Assembly (NCBI RefSeq): GCF_964204645.1
Contig: NC_134034.1
Span: 12,226,962 to 12,290,961 of the forward strand
Reading direction: 5' to 3'
DNA length: 64,000 bases
Origin: Tubulanus polymorphus
Taxonomy: Eukaryota; Animalia; Nemertea
The notes under the pieces were generated by a model. That model worked only from the letters and a program-made list of their open reading frames with translations, did no database searches and had not been told where the DNA came from. A program made the position numbers and the translations under genes. Position 1 is the first letter of the stretch. Each line of letters begins with the position of its first letter. Below, piece after piece: positions 52,436 through 64,000 of the stretch.

Positions 52436-53088
52436 GTAGAGAGCGCTAAGTAACGTGACGACCTTACCTATCACGTTAAGCGAAATTCGACTGATAAAAC
52501 GAGATACGCAGCATATACGAGTTTTAAATCCTGTGTTCAAATGACATAGATATATACATAGTTTTCTCTAAACGGTCGGTTTAACTTGAAACCGGGGGCA
52601 AAATCAATTTACTAATAGTTTTGAATCGACCCCCGGGTGTCTATTGAATCTTTTCTTGGATAATACCCTCGAGTTTCTTTTTCATTTTACTCGCTTGAGA
52701 AACCGAGGAATCAACAACACACACGACACTCCGGTGTGATACATTAATATCATGAGTTCTCTTATAACCTTGGAAATTGTTAGCGGCCGCGAAAATTGTC
52801 TAATAAATAAATCATTCAAGCGAATATACGTCGCAAAGCAACCACCGTTAGAAACTTTCATTACATGGATAAATAACCCCCCACGTCGCCGCTGGCTGGT
52901 CGGAATGCTGCCGCCGCCGTTGTCGCCGTCGTACATTTTATATTTGATATCCATGCGCGCTTTAAAACAACCGACGAACAGCAATCATTGTCAAAAACAG
53001 CGGGCCGAATTAATTTTTTCATTCCAGGTGACGTCCACTGTCTCTGGTTCCGGTGACTATTTCAAATTGGATTGTTTCAAAATTAGCC

Positions 53089-53792
53089 GAGTAAGAGTTT
53101 GTGAAATACAGTAGACTCTGTCTCTTACTGCGGTAAAGTTTGAGACTGGTAAAATTCTACCCCGAGTTGGTGTCAAATACAGAGTAAGAGTTTGTGAAAT
53201 ACAGTAGACTCTGTCTCTTACTGCGGTAAAGATGAGACTGGTGAAATTCTACCCCGAGTTGGTGTCAAATACTGAGTAAGAGTTTGTGAAATACAGTAGA
53301 CTCTGTCTCTTACTGCGGTAAAGTTGAGACCGGTAAAATTCTACCCCGAGTTGGTGTCAAATACAGAGTAAGAGTTTGTGAAATACAGTAGACTCTGTCT
53401 CTTACTGCGGTAAAGTTGAGACTGGTAAAATTCTACCCCGAGTCGGTGTCAAATACAGAGTAAGAGTTTGTGAAATACAGTAGACTCTGTCTCTTACTGC
53501 GGTTAAGTTGAGACTGGTAAAATTATACCCCGAGTTGGTGTCAAATACTGAGTAAGAGTTTGTGAAATACAGTAGACTCTGTCTCTTACTGCGGTAAAGT
53601 TGAAACTGGTAAAATTCTACCCCGAGTTGGTGTCAAATACTGAGTAAGAGTTGTGAAATACAGTAGACTCTGTCTCTTACTGCGGTAAAGTTGAGACTGG
53701 TAAAAATTCTACCCCGAGTTGCTGTCAAATACTGAGTAAGAGTTTGTGAAATACAGCGTAGACTACGTGTCTCTTACCGCGGTAAAGTTGAA
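53089..53792. repeat. ~92-bp tandem repeat, ~7.5 copies
   Basis: gagtaagagtttgtgaaatacagtagactctgtctcttactgcggtaaagttgagactggtaaaattctaccccgagttggtgtcaaatac. Confidence 0.95.
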
Positions 53793-54067
53793 ATCCATCG
53801 AAACATTAATCCTACTGAATCTAAATTGAATATGAATTGAAATAAGCATTTTTGTAGCGAGCAGTGTAATTATTCCAGTGGGATAGATGAGAGGCAATCG
53901 GGGAACGCGAGCCATTCATTAATTTCACGCTGTTGTTGACTGGTTTACGATTTCCCGATTAATTCCCAGTCTGTATCTACCAGAAATATTACATTTTGAT
54001 TGAATTCGAATTAAATTGAAACATCTCGATTCTTAATGGTGTTTTGAATGGATCTCTCCCTTCTACG

Positions 54068-54984
<917 letters not shown>

Positions 54985-55433
54985 TTGATCTGATATCTAA
55001 TTAGAATACCGAATGCAGTGCGTAGTAAAGATTTCAAACGAGTCGAGTATTGGAGCATTTGATTAAAATATCCAAGAGAATTTAATGTTTTCAGTAAAGT
55101 GATCGTCTATTCTGGATTCCGACGACGTTCTTATCCCGGTTCGCGTCGATGTCGCTTGGAGCCATCCTCCTAACGACCGTTTCAAGTATCTACACAGTAA
55201 AACAGCGAGATATTCATTAAAAAGAAATTCGGCAACGACACGATATCATTTCATTTCAAACTACGGCTTTTCTTTAATTACTTGGAGTACGGATCCGCCT
55301 ACCTGAATTCTACAAAAATCATCGAATCAAAAAAATGATTTTCACCCCTCCTAAGTGTTTTCATCACAATTTTTCAATTGAAATATATCAAGGGTATTTT
55401 CGGAAAAATTTTAGGGCTTCCGTATGAACCCTG

Positions 55434-55567
55434 GGGCCAGTTGCATAGTCGTGGCTTAGACTTAAAACCAGTCTAAGACTAACTTAGTTCTATAACCAAT
55501 CAAATTAAGACCAGTCTTAAGATTTAAGACCACTTTTAGACTTAAGTCACAACTGTGCAACTGGGCC
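55434..55567. mobile_element. Harbinger-like MITE with CTG target duplication
   Basis: CTG|GGGCCAGTTGCATAGTCGTGGCTTAG...CTTAAGTCACAACTGTGCAACTGGGCC|CTG. Confidence 0.7.
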
Positions 55568-58501
55568 CTGTGGAAACCGAGCATTTATGTGCACGTTTTC
55601 AGAAATGTATCACTTTTTAACGAAAATATTTTTTGGCAATAAAGTGGACTTAAAAACTCGAGTTTAAAGGAACATCACCGATGGAGAATAAAACGACGAT
55701 AGTCTGATCTGATGCCGCGCGCTGTTGTTGGCCTTACATCTGACAAGTTGATGGAAATAATAATTATTACTACGGGCGTTCTTCTTTTTTTCCTAAGAAT
55801 GTTTAACCAGTAGCTCGCACAGTTGTGGCATTGATCGACAACACCCACCACATAAAATATACTTGTCATCATTTTATCAAATATGAAACACTTTATTCAT
55901 AGCTACAGGGCGTGACGTACTTTTTGAACCCAGGATCGCTGTCGTAGAAAAATTTGAGGCAGCTATTCTACTGGTTCGACCACCTAGAGGAATTTAATGA
56001 TTTGTGTAGGCGACCGTATTCTTAAGAAATGTCTACAAAGGGCAGTACCGTGATGAAATATTAATGATTGTCAAGCAAAATGCCACCGTCAACTGCTGAA
56101 CGGCATTTAGAAATGTCAAATGGCGAAAATGTCGCAATTTCAAGGAGGCCGCCAGGCAGCAATAAAAAGTGACGCACTTTTTCCGTTGTATTTGGTGTGA
56201 CCTGAGACGTACGAATTCCAATTTCTCGATGAAGCTGTGTAAATGTTTCACGATGCGATCACGAAATTCCGAGCGAACAGTCGAAAAAATGAGGCGACGA
56301 TTCGTGACCGTATTATCAACTCGAACCAACGCGCTGCTAAACCGTGTTGGAATTTCATCGTAACTAGCGATTAACGGCGCTGTTTGAAAATTCAAAAAGC
56401 TCCTCGTTAGCCGTTAAAACCGTTAATGAAATTCGAAATTCAAAGCCGCCGTCGCAGACGTTTCGGAGAGAGAATGCGCGTTGGATGAATATCTCTTGAG
56501 TAATCTGTTCGCGTGATCAGTGATTCTGTAGGGGGACTAACTCTCCTCGGGGAGGCGTCGAAATACGTGGAAATCAAGCCGAAATTAGATACTTTATAAC
56601 GAGTATTTTTAACTGAGAGGTGCCGTGGTCGTGGCAACCACTGTTATATAGTAATATCATTTTATGTTACCCCGGTCTCTGGTAGATCGTGTTGAATGCG
56701 ACCCGGAATAATCCCTACGCAGACCACTCATGCGCAATCTATAGATTGACCAAATAGGTCAGTTTTTGATTGTTCTGGTACAAACCAGTTCGTGGCGTGT
56801 ACGACAAAAGGTGTCCGTGTTATTGTGGTGACGGCTCTGTGGGCTCAGTTCTGTACGCGAGAATCTTACAATGAAACACTGATTTGAACATTATGCCATA
56901 CTTATACAAAGTTTGATTTGTGGAGAGAAAATGTTTCAATTCAACTTAAATCTTCCAAATAATTCATAAAACAATTCCTGCCGTAAATTACACAATGGAA
57001 AATTTGTCGCAAGAAATTCTGGGAATTATTCTATTGAAAAATATCATGAAAAAATCACGAAGAATAGAATTCTTTTTATAATTCGGATCAAAAAGGAGCG
57101 TTCATTGCGAAGGAGCAACTACGATGGAATTGATTGTTAGTACAGACAAAAAACGAATGCTTCAAACTCGCAAAGTATCATTGTCCACTTAATCACCCCT
57201 GTGCTATCCGATGTGTAAAAGAGATCGTACCACAATCCACAATCGCCCCGATTACGAATCATCAATTTATTTCAACAAAAAACTATTCGACTTTTTATCT
57301 ATTCGGGCACAAAAAAAGAACGTACGGTGATAACTAAATTACAGCTGATGGACCAGTGGTGATCTTTATCAGGTAATAGAAACTAATAAAGGATGGCTCC
57401 GGCAATTTGCTACTAGGCGCTGATATGGTTATTGCTGGTTTTATGGCCTCAGCCTCGTTTCAAGTTCGATTCAATTAATCGTCTGCCTCTGAATAAGAGA
57501 TAAATAGCGACCACGTGTTTGCCGTTAACGACGACACGGTCTACTGCCGTCGACGGCTCGGAGACTCTGACGGGCGCATCTGCGCAGATAATCTTAATTG
57601 GATTTAAGCCTGGTATGATCCCGGATCGCGAAGTCAGCCAGGGCTAATCGCCGAGTTGTAAAAAGATCGCCGTCCGCCAAACGGTACTCGCTGCTGAATT
57701 TATACCGATAAGCTCTGAACCAATAACGTCTCTTACGTAGGATTAGTCGGCTAGGTTTCTTTAGATGGTCCGAATTAAATCCATTAATTAAAGATGACGA
57801 TGACCCCATGTGAGGAGACCAGAACTAGCCGACCTAGTGCGATAGACCCAAAATGTTTTGAATTGTTATTTTGTGTAACGCTTCTTAACTTGTTACTGCC
57901 GTTCTTGTACGGTCTCCAGTGATGGAGAAAGGTTTTCCTGGAAGCTGTCACGACACCCGGTGCCGGCATCTTCTCACCAAAAGTGAGGGATGCCTTGCTG
58001 ATAAGCTTAAAAATGTGCCTTTTCAATGACCTAAACAGCCCAATCTCACTTAGTGTTCAGTTGATCTGCACCACCGGAATCTGGCTGGGCTGCGACGACC
58101 ACGGTGGAGGCTACAATGGAGGGAATGATTCAGTATCTGTATTTGAATTGGCCCCAGGTTCATGACCATATGTCCGAAAGTGGTCTAAATTCTTAAGACT
58201 GCTGTTAAGGTTGTAGAACTAAGTGGTCTGATACTGTCTTAGATCTAAGCCATGACTGTGCAAGACTCGGCAACGGGGAGGAGAACGTTGATTTATTGAT
58301 TGGTCAATAATTGATTTCTACCAATACGTGTTGTGCGCACTGTTGTGTTTTTACCCGCAAAATATAAATTGAATCATTTTACGTTTAATGAGCCGCGATA
58401 CCCGAAAGATTTCACAACAACGGTTTCGGCCGATAATTATTGCAACGAATTCAATTCAAGTTTTATTGTCTCCATGTCGTTTTCCGTCGATAATCACCAA
58501 T

Positions 58502-58513
58502 CCAAGATGGCCG
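58502..58513 (+). promoter_or_regulatory. YY1-like motif CCAAGATGGCCG upstream of the SEC22A-like start
   Basis: Matches the CAAGATGGC core typical near housekeeping start sites; ~140 nt before the ATG; reverse CCAAT (attgg) at ~58299. Confidence 0.35.
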
Positions 58514-58642
58514 CGCCCATGGATTTCAATTTTTAATTTTCAGCGCATACGTGGCCGAAACATCGTCGTACCATCTGCCCAACGATTGCCTCGGGCCCCG
58601 ATTTCGATCATTGACATTTCGATCAGTTTTTAAAGTTGGAAT

Positions 58643-61600
58643 ATGTTGCTGTGCGCGACGATTTCTCGAGTAAACGATGGTTTACCGCTGTCGGCCACGA
58701 CGGATAATACAGTGAACCAGCAATCTGGTGTCGTGGACGCTCAAAAATACGTGAAAATCATTTCGAAAAGAGCGGCACAACTTCCCGAACGGTCGATGGT
58801 GAAAGGTGATGCATTTGTTATCTGGTAAGTTTTTGGTATGATCAGAATCAGATTGCTAAACCTGCCGTGGTGTCGGGCCACACAAGAATGGTGTGATTTA
58901 ATGACCCATGGCCTCAACATCTTTCTATCCAACCCCAATTGTACATTTATTTATGGCAAGAAGGGGACGTAATTAATTGTTCACAGAACATAAACTAGTC
59001 GCAGCAAAGCAACATTGTCCGTGCAAACAAGAGAAAACTGGGTTTTTTTACTTTTTGGGGAATACCATATGGAATTCCCTAAAATCCCATACAAGCGGCC
59101 ACATACCTGGAAATTCAGGTAATCAGATAAATCGAGAAAAAAATCAGGGAAAACAAATTTTACCCAAATACCCAAAAAACTCTGTGAATTTGATATTCTA
59201 TTTAGATCATGTTTTCCTTTATCAAAGTACGAAATTCAATGAATAACATTTTAAACCTAAAAATTTCTCTGAACTTTGTGTTAATCACATTAGAAACGTC
59301 CGGGGTTTTTGACAAACAGCGCAGAATAACACTCGCGGTCGGCAGTATATTACAGCTGATAGTAATCGAAGATGTTTATCTTTTATGTTTTCAGTTTTGT
59401 GACGGACGTCAACAACGTTTGTTACATCGTAGTGTCGGAGTTAGAATTCTCGTCTACGATCGCGTTCGCGTTCCTCGACGAAATTCAAAAACAATTTATC
59501 AGTACATACGACCCCATCAGAGTTAAAAATGCGCAAAGACCGTACGCGTTTATACAGTTTGGTGAGTATGGATGGCTCGAAACAAGTAGCAATCACGGCC
59601 AGTTTGATAATTGAAGTCGAAAGATCCTCTTCGATCTTTAGGCTAAATAAAAATGATACCTTGTTTCTCCGCAGCGGCCGGGTCATTTTTGTAAAATATG
59701 ATAAAATTTATAAACAGTTCATTTCTATAGCGGCCGGGTCTGTTATGGTGAAATTGATCACGATTTTTAAAAAAGTAATGTATTAGGGTAGATAGGCGGC
59801 CGGGTCAACATTTAAGCTCAGCAGAGCGGAGAAACAAGGTATCAATTTTTTTTAGCCTTAGAGTGGTCTCTTAAGTTGCCGGGTGGCCAATAACCTGGAA
59901 AACTCTGGGAATCAGAAACATCTAGAAATACTCTGGGAATCTGACAAATTTTACCAAAATCCTGGAAAACACATGGAATTTGGTTAATGCTATTGACCGC
60001 GTGTTTCATTAACCCTTTCAGTGCGTCTACACCGCAGTGCGGTGTATAAATCGGTGATGGATTTTGCTAGTACACCGCACTGCGGTGTATTGATGTAATT
60101 AGTAATTTGTAATTATCTCTATTGAAAAATGGCAGAAAGTGTCAAACATAGTGAAATACTAGTAACTAACGATACACCGCACTGCGGTGTAGACGCACTA
60201 TAGTGGTATTCCCATTGTTCAACACACTAGGGTGGAATTTTTTAGAATTTTCAAATTTTCTCCAGCACTATCGGGTATTAATTAGTCAGCACTGAAAGGG
60301 TTAAATCAGTACGTGATTCAATGAAAAATGAATGAATCGTAACATTTTAAACCTAGAAATTTCTCTGATTCATTCGGGGAATTCTGTGCAATCACATGGA
60401 AAAGTCAGGGAAAACTCCAATAGGATTTGTAAATGGGCGGAAAGTGGCCATCCTGAGTTAATATATTGTTTACATAGGAATAAGATGTATATGGTCTTAG
60501 ACTGGGCTTAATTCTAATATTATAAGCCATTACTATGGAACCAGCACCTGTAGCCTTCGTTTAACCCACTCCACTCGGCCTGGGACAACCTTTTCGGATA
60601 TATTCATCATTCGAGTATGAAATGTAGCATTTATACTATATTAACAGATACAGTTCTACAGAAAACGAAATCGAGATTCAATAATCGCGGAATGACGATG
60701 AAAATGGATCGATTAGTCGCCGTACAACACGACTTAGCGTCGAATCCACCGCAGAGAATCACGACTGAGGAATTAGAATCGATGTACTACAGCTCTCCAC
60801 AATCTCAATCAAACGGAACATCGTCGTCGTCATCGATGGTGAAAACATGGAAATCACGAGGTAACGTTTTTAAAATAATGAACTAGGCCTATAAACACCC
60901 GGGTCCGGTTTCATAGACTGAGCATCTAAGTTTTCCCTATGGATAAATCCTCAATCTGGGTGACAACCACGATAGTAACAATGAGAAACCACGGTTATAA
61001 CTGACAAATTTCAAAATGTTCTCAGGGACTATTTTTCTCCCATATCTATGAAACCCAGCCCAGGCATTTAACATTTTGTCAGTCACACTTTCAAAAACTG
61101 ATCGTCCACACTTCACATGTGTTCAGGACTTCACCTGAGATATTTCTAATTGAAAGTTAACTTCAAACACAAGACATTAGACATTTAATCAGCACACTTT
61201 CAAAAAATGATCATCCACATTTCACATGTGTTCAGTACTTCATCTGAGACAATCGAAAATTAGCTTCAAACATCAGATATCAGACATTTCATCAGCATAC
61301 TTTCAAAAACTGATCGTTCCTATATTGCGTTGAGCAGATTGTTTGATATATTTACAGTATCCCCGAGGAGAATGTTTATGCCGTTGACGCTGAGCGGTTT
61401 CGTTGCTGGTATTCTGTGTTTAGTTTGCGGTGTGTTGAATCTTGTTCGCGGTATGTCGATAATTAACGATGGTCATATCGACACCGGTCAGGTACGTGTC
61501 AAATCTGCTAGCTTGAAAACGGTCATTTAGAGATGTACCAGTAGACTCAGTCTTACTGCTCAAGTCAGTAGATTTTACTGAATGAATCTATTTGCAAATA

Positions 61601-62380
61601 CTTCTACTGACAAGTAGACCCCTCACACAAATCATTTGGAACAGTGATTTGTGTTAGAGTTAAATGATAATTTGACTTAAAAGTATTCGAGTTAAGAATA
61701 GTATTTCCCAGATTCTTAACTCGGTATCGAAATATTTATTCCTCAACGCTACCGAGAGTAGAGCAGAGTTTACCAAACCAATTTGGATTCGTCTACGGTT
61801 GCCCGACGTTTGTTCCATCTATTTTCAGACGGACAGTTCACACAGTTTTCACGAGGAGAAAGATGTCTATAAATACGGAACAGTCTTCCTAATGGCCTGC
61901 TTACTGTGTCTTTACCAGGTAAAAATCAATTTTACGTCTAATGTAGGACCCAGTTCTATTGACTGGTTTTGACTTTGACCCGGGGAGTTTTTATTTAAGT
62001 AGCTTTACTAACACGAGAACAATTTCACAATATGTAAGTATGCTTAAGTCTTTTGGAAAGAAATTATCGGCAATAGTTAGCCCCCGGGTTGAAGGTAATA
62101 CCAGTCTATAAAACCGGGCCCGTTTTTAAGATCATGACATTATTATTTTGTACGATTTCCTTTTCTCTCCGTCTGCTAGGTCTACCTGTTAACTCATACG
62201 GCGCACTGGAGGAAATACCAGGCGTATGTCGTGCTCATCTTCGTTTTATTGTGCAATTTTTATCTGTCGGAGTTGAGGAATTTGCTGCAGTTGACGTTTC
62301 ATTGCGCCGTCTGCGGTTTCTCGACCGTGCATATTATCACCAGACAATTACAGGGAAAACTGCCGCAGTACAACGTTTAA
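58643..62380 (+). CDS. SEC22A: Vesicle-trafficking protein SEC22a-like (longin domain + C-terminal TM helices), 328 aa; exons 58643-58824, 59395-59561, 60648-60860, 61358-61491, 61829-61918, 62180-62380
   Basis: RVNDGLPLSATTD, AFAFLDEIQKQFISTY, RPYAFIQFD, TLSGFVAGILCLVCGVLNLVRG, CLYQVYLL, CNFYLSELRNLLQLTFH and C-terminal RQLQGKLPQYNV* parallel human SEC22A as I recall it; all introns GT-AG and in phase; 987 nt. Confidence 0.93.
59641..59857. mobile_element. PIF/Harbinger-like MITE with TTA target duplication, SEC22A intron 2
   Basis: TTA|GGCTAAATAAAAATGATACCTTGTTTCTCCGC...GCGGAGAAACAAGGTATCAATTTTTTTTAGCC|TTA. Confidence 0.75.
59879..60455. mobile_element. Older MITE (GGGTGGCCA...TGGCCATCCTG) interrupted by the TTAA element
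   Basis: Short inverted termini with internal cctggaaaa/ctgggaa repeats on both sides of the insertion; related fragments in intron 1 (~59090-59300). Confidence 0.5.
60013..60300. mobile_element. piggyBac-like MITE with TTAA target duplication
   Basis: TTAA|CCCTTTCAGTGC...GCACTGAAAGGG|TTAA; internal palindromes tacaccgca(g/c)tgcggtgta x3. Confidence 0.8.
60902..61060. mobile_element. Harbinger-like MITE in SEC22A intron 3
   Basis: GGTCCGGTTTCATAGA...TCTATGAAACCCAGCC termini. Confidence 0.55.
61071..61320 (+). repeat. ~105-110-bp repeat (about 2.3 units) in SEC22A intron 3
   Basis: cacactttcaaaaactgatcgtccacacttcacatgtgttcag units; inverted copies at 62488-62700. Confidence 0.85.
61946..62121. 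mobile_element. Harbinger-like MITE in SEC22A intron 5
   Basis: GGACCCAGTTCTATTGACTGGT...ACCAGTCTATAAAACCGGGCCC termini, same family as 50321-50419. Confidence 0.6.
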
Positions 62381-62487
62381 AAAGTCCAATTGTCAACTTG
62401 TCATCTTTATCAGTCAACTTATCCGTCAATGTTATAACTAAACATCCGTTCGGACATCGGTCCGAGACCAGGCATTCAAAAGTTGGA

Positions 62488-62700
62488 TGAAGTCCTGAAC
62501 ACATCAAGAGTAGATGATCAGTTTTTGAGATTGTGCTGATAAAATGTCTAATGTCTGGTGTTTGTAGTTCATTTTCAATTAAAAATGCCTCAGGTGAAGT
62601 ACTGAACACATGTGAAGTGTGGACGATCAGTTTTTGAATGTGTGCTGATAAAATGTCTAATTATCTGGTGTTTGTAGTTCATTTTCGATTTAGAATGTCT
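62488..62700 (-). repeat. Inverted copies of the intron-3 repeat downstream of the SEC22A stop
   Basis: 62589-62635 is the reverse complement of ~61093-61139 with one mismatch. Confidence 0.85.
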
Positions 62701-63254
62701 GTGTGCTGAATTCTGAGCACTATTTTCTTGATTAGAAACTTAAATCAAAGCCAAGCGCATAATGGAGGATCTCGTACCCTGAGGAGATTCACTACTATAA
62801 TGTATAAATTTGGGCCTTGCAAGCAGCCCAGCTGCCTTGACGACAAGTGTGATTGTGACATAGCTTAAAACAATGAATATATGAATTTGAAATAGAGCAT
62901 TAAAACTGTCAAACATTGATTTATATACATGTACCATTGAGTATCGATAATATATTACCAGTTATATTTTTAAAAATATAGAAATACATTATGTTTACAA
63001 GATTAGAATGAAAGTTCATATTCATCTTTGATGTTTTCGAGGTCTGGGGAACCGACCACTGAGGAAATAATCGACACAAAATTTCAGTAGACTTGGCTTG
63101 CCTCAGATCTGACCGCACCTATGAATTTCTATCTGAGGTATCCAAGTTCTGGGTTGCAGTCAGAGTATGATGATTCATAGTTAGAAAATTTGTGAAGTTT
63201 GGTGTGCGCTTATCCGAGGCAATTGACTCCAGGGCATGCAGTTATCCACTCCAG

Positions 63255-63362
63255 GGTCCAGTTCCACAGTTCCGAGTTAAAATTTGACCCCGAGTTAACT
63301 CACTGAAAATGAACTAATTTTAACTCAGAGTTAACTCTAACTCACAACTGTGGAACTGGGTG
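63255..63362. mobile_element. Harbinger-like MITE with CAG target duplication
   Basis: CAG|GGTCCAGTTCCACAGTT...AACTGTGGAACTGGGTG|CAG. Confidence 0.7.
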
Positions 63363-63921
63363 CAGGGCGTGTGGTATTCCAAGGCAATCCACTCCAGGGC
63401 ATGCCGTAATCCGAGGAAATCCACTGCAGGGCATGCGGTAATCCCCTAAATTCTCTGAGGTACGCCAGTTCTTAGAGCAAGCAGGGAAGGGATGTTTTCA
63501 CAAATTGTAGTGAAAATTTGTAAATGTATTTTCACAGAGTCAGGCCCCATACGGTACCAGTAATTCAAGTTAAAATCAGTCCTAGAGATGAAATAAAGAA
63601 AATACATGAATTTATTTTAAAAATGTTCTCTTGATCGATTGCACTTTATTGAAATGTAACAAATATCATCGATATATTTGATACAGACTTCATAAACGTG
63701 TGGGTAAAATTCAACAATTTGAAAGTTTTTCACAGTTGAGAGTATTAATACAGTCTGATCTAAACCCGGGGACCACGTAGCAAATCTAACAACTTGAAGC
63801 CTAACTCAGGTCGCACAAGATCGGATCGGAGTGCACTTAAGACCGATCGTACGGTCGTAGCCAATGAACAGCGATGTATACGTCACATGATGACTTACCG
63901 TAAGTAGCTTCGGTGGTTTAA

Positions 63922-64000
63922 CCCTTTCAGTGCTGACTGATTAATACCCTATAGTGCTGGAGATAATTTGAAAATTTTGAAAAATTCCACCCTAGTGCGT
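63922..64000 (-). mobile_element. Second piggyBac-like MITE copy, cut by the window end
   Basis: TTAA|CCCTTTCAGTGCTGACT... is the reverse complement of the right end of 60013-60300. Confidence 0.8.

Overview
Intron-containing DNA from an invertebrate-like animal genome (GT-AG introns, MITEs, SINE/LINE fragments, mini- and microsatellites). Two protein-coding loci can be reconstructed by hand. (1) 196-12385 (+): a GH3-domain (GHDC-like, acyl-acid amido synthetase fold) locus with an unusual layout. Four tandem, fully open 5' modules in A-B-A'-B' order each consist of an ATG-bearing membrane-anchor exon plus a ~1.2-kb exon encoding the large N-terminal domain. They are followed by a single set of four 3' exons carrying motif III and the C-terminal domain. 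All four modules end in the same phase-0 CAG|GT donor and can join the shared exons in frame (643-644 aa), which resembles the variable/constant organisation of UGT1A and clustered protocadherins. The modules differ mainly in the segment that in plant GH3 structures forms the acyl-substrate pocket, and they show signs of gene conversion elsewhere. The array appears to continue upstream of the window. A competing reading, in which modules A, B and A' end in a conserved 12-codon mini terminal exon, is also visible in the sequence. (2) 58643-62380 (+): a six-exon SEC22A-like gene (328 aa). The ~46 kb between the two loci has no recognisable coding exons and is dominated by repeats. All splicing models are inferred from sequence and need transcript data.
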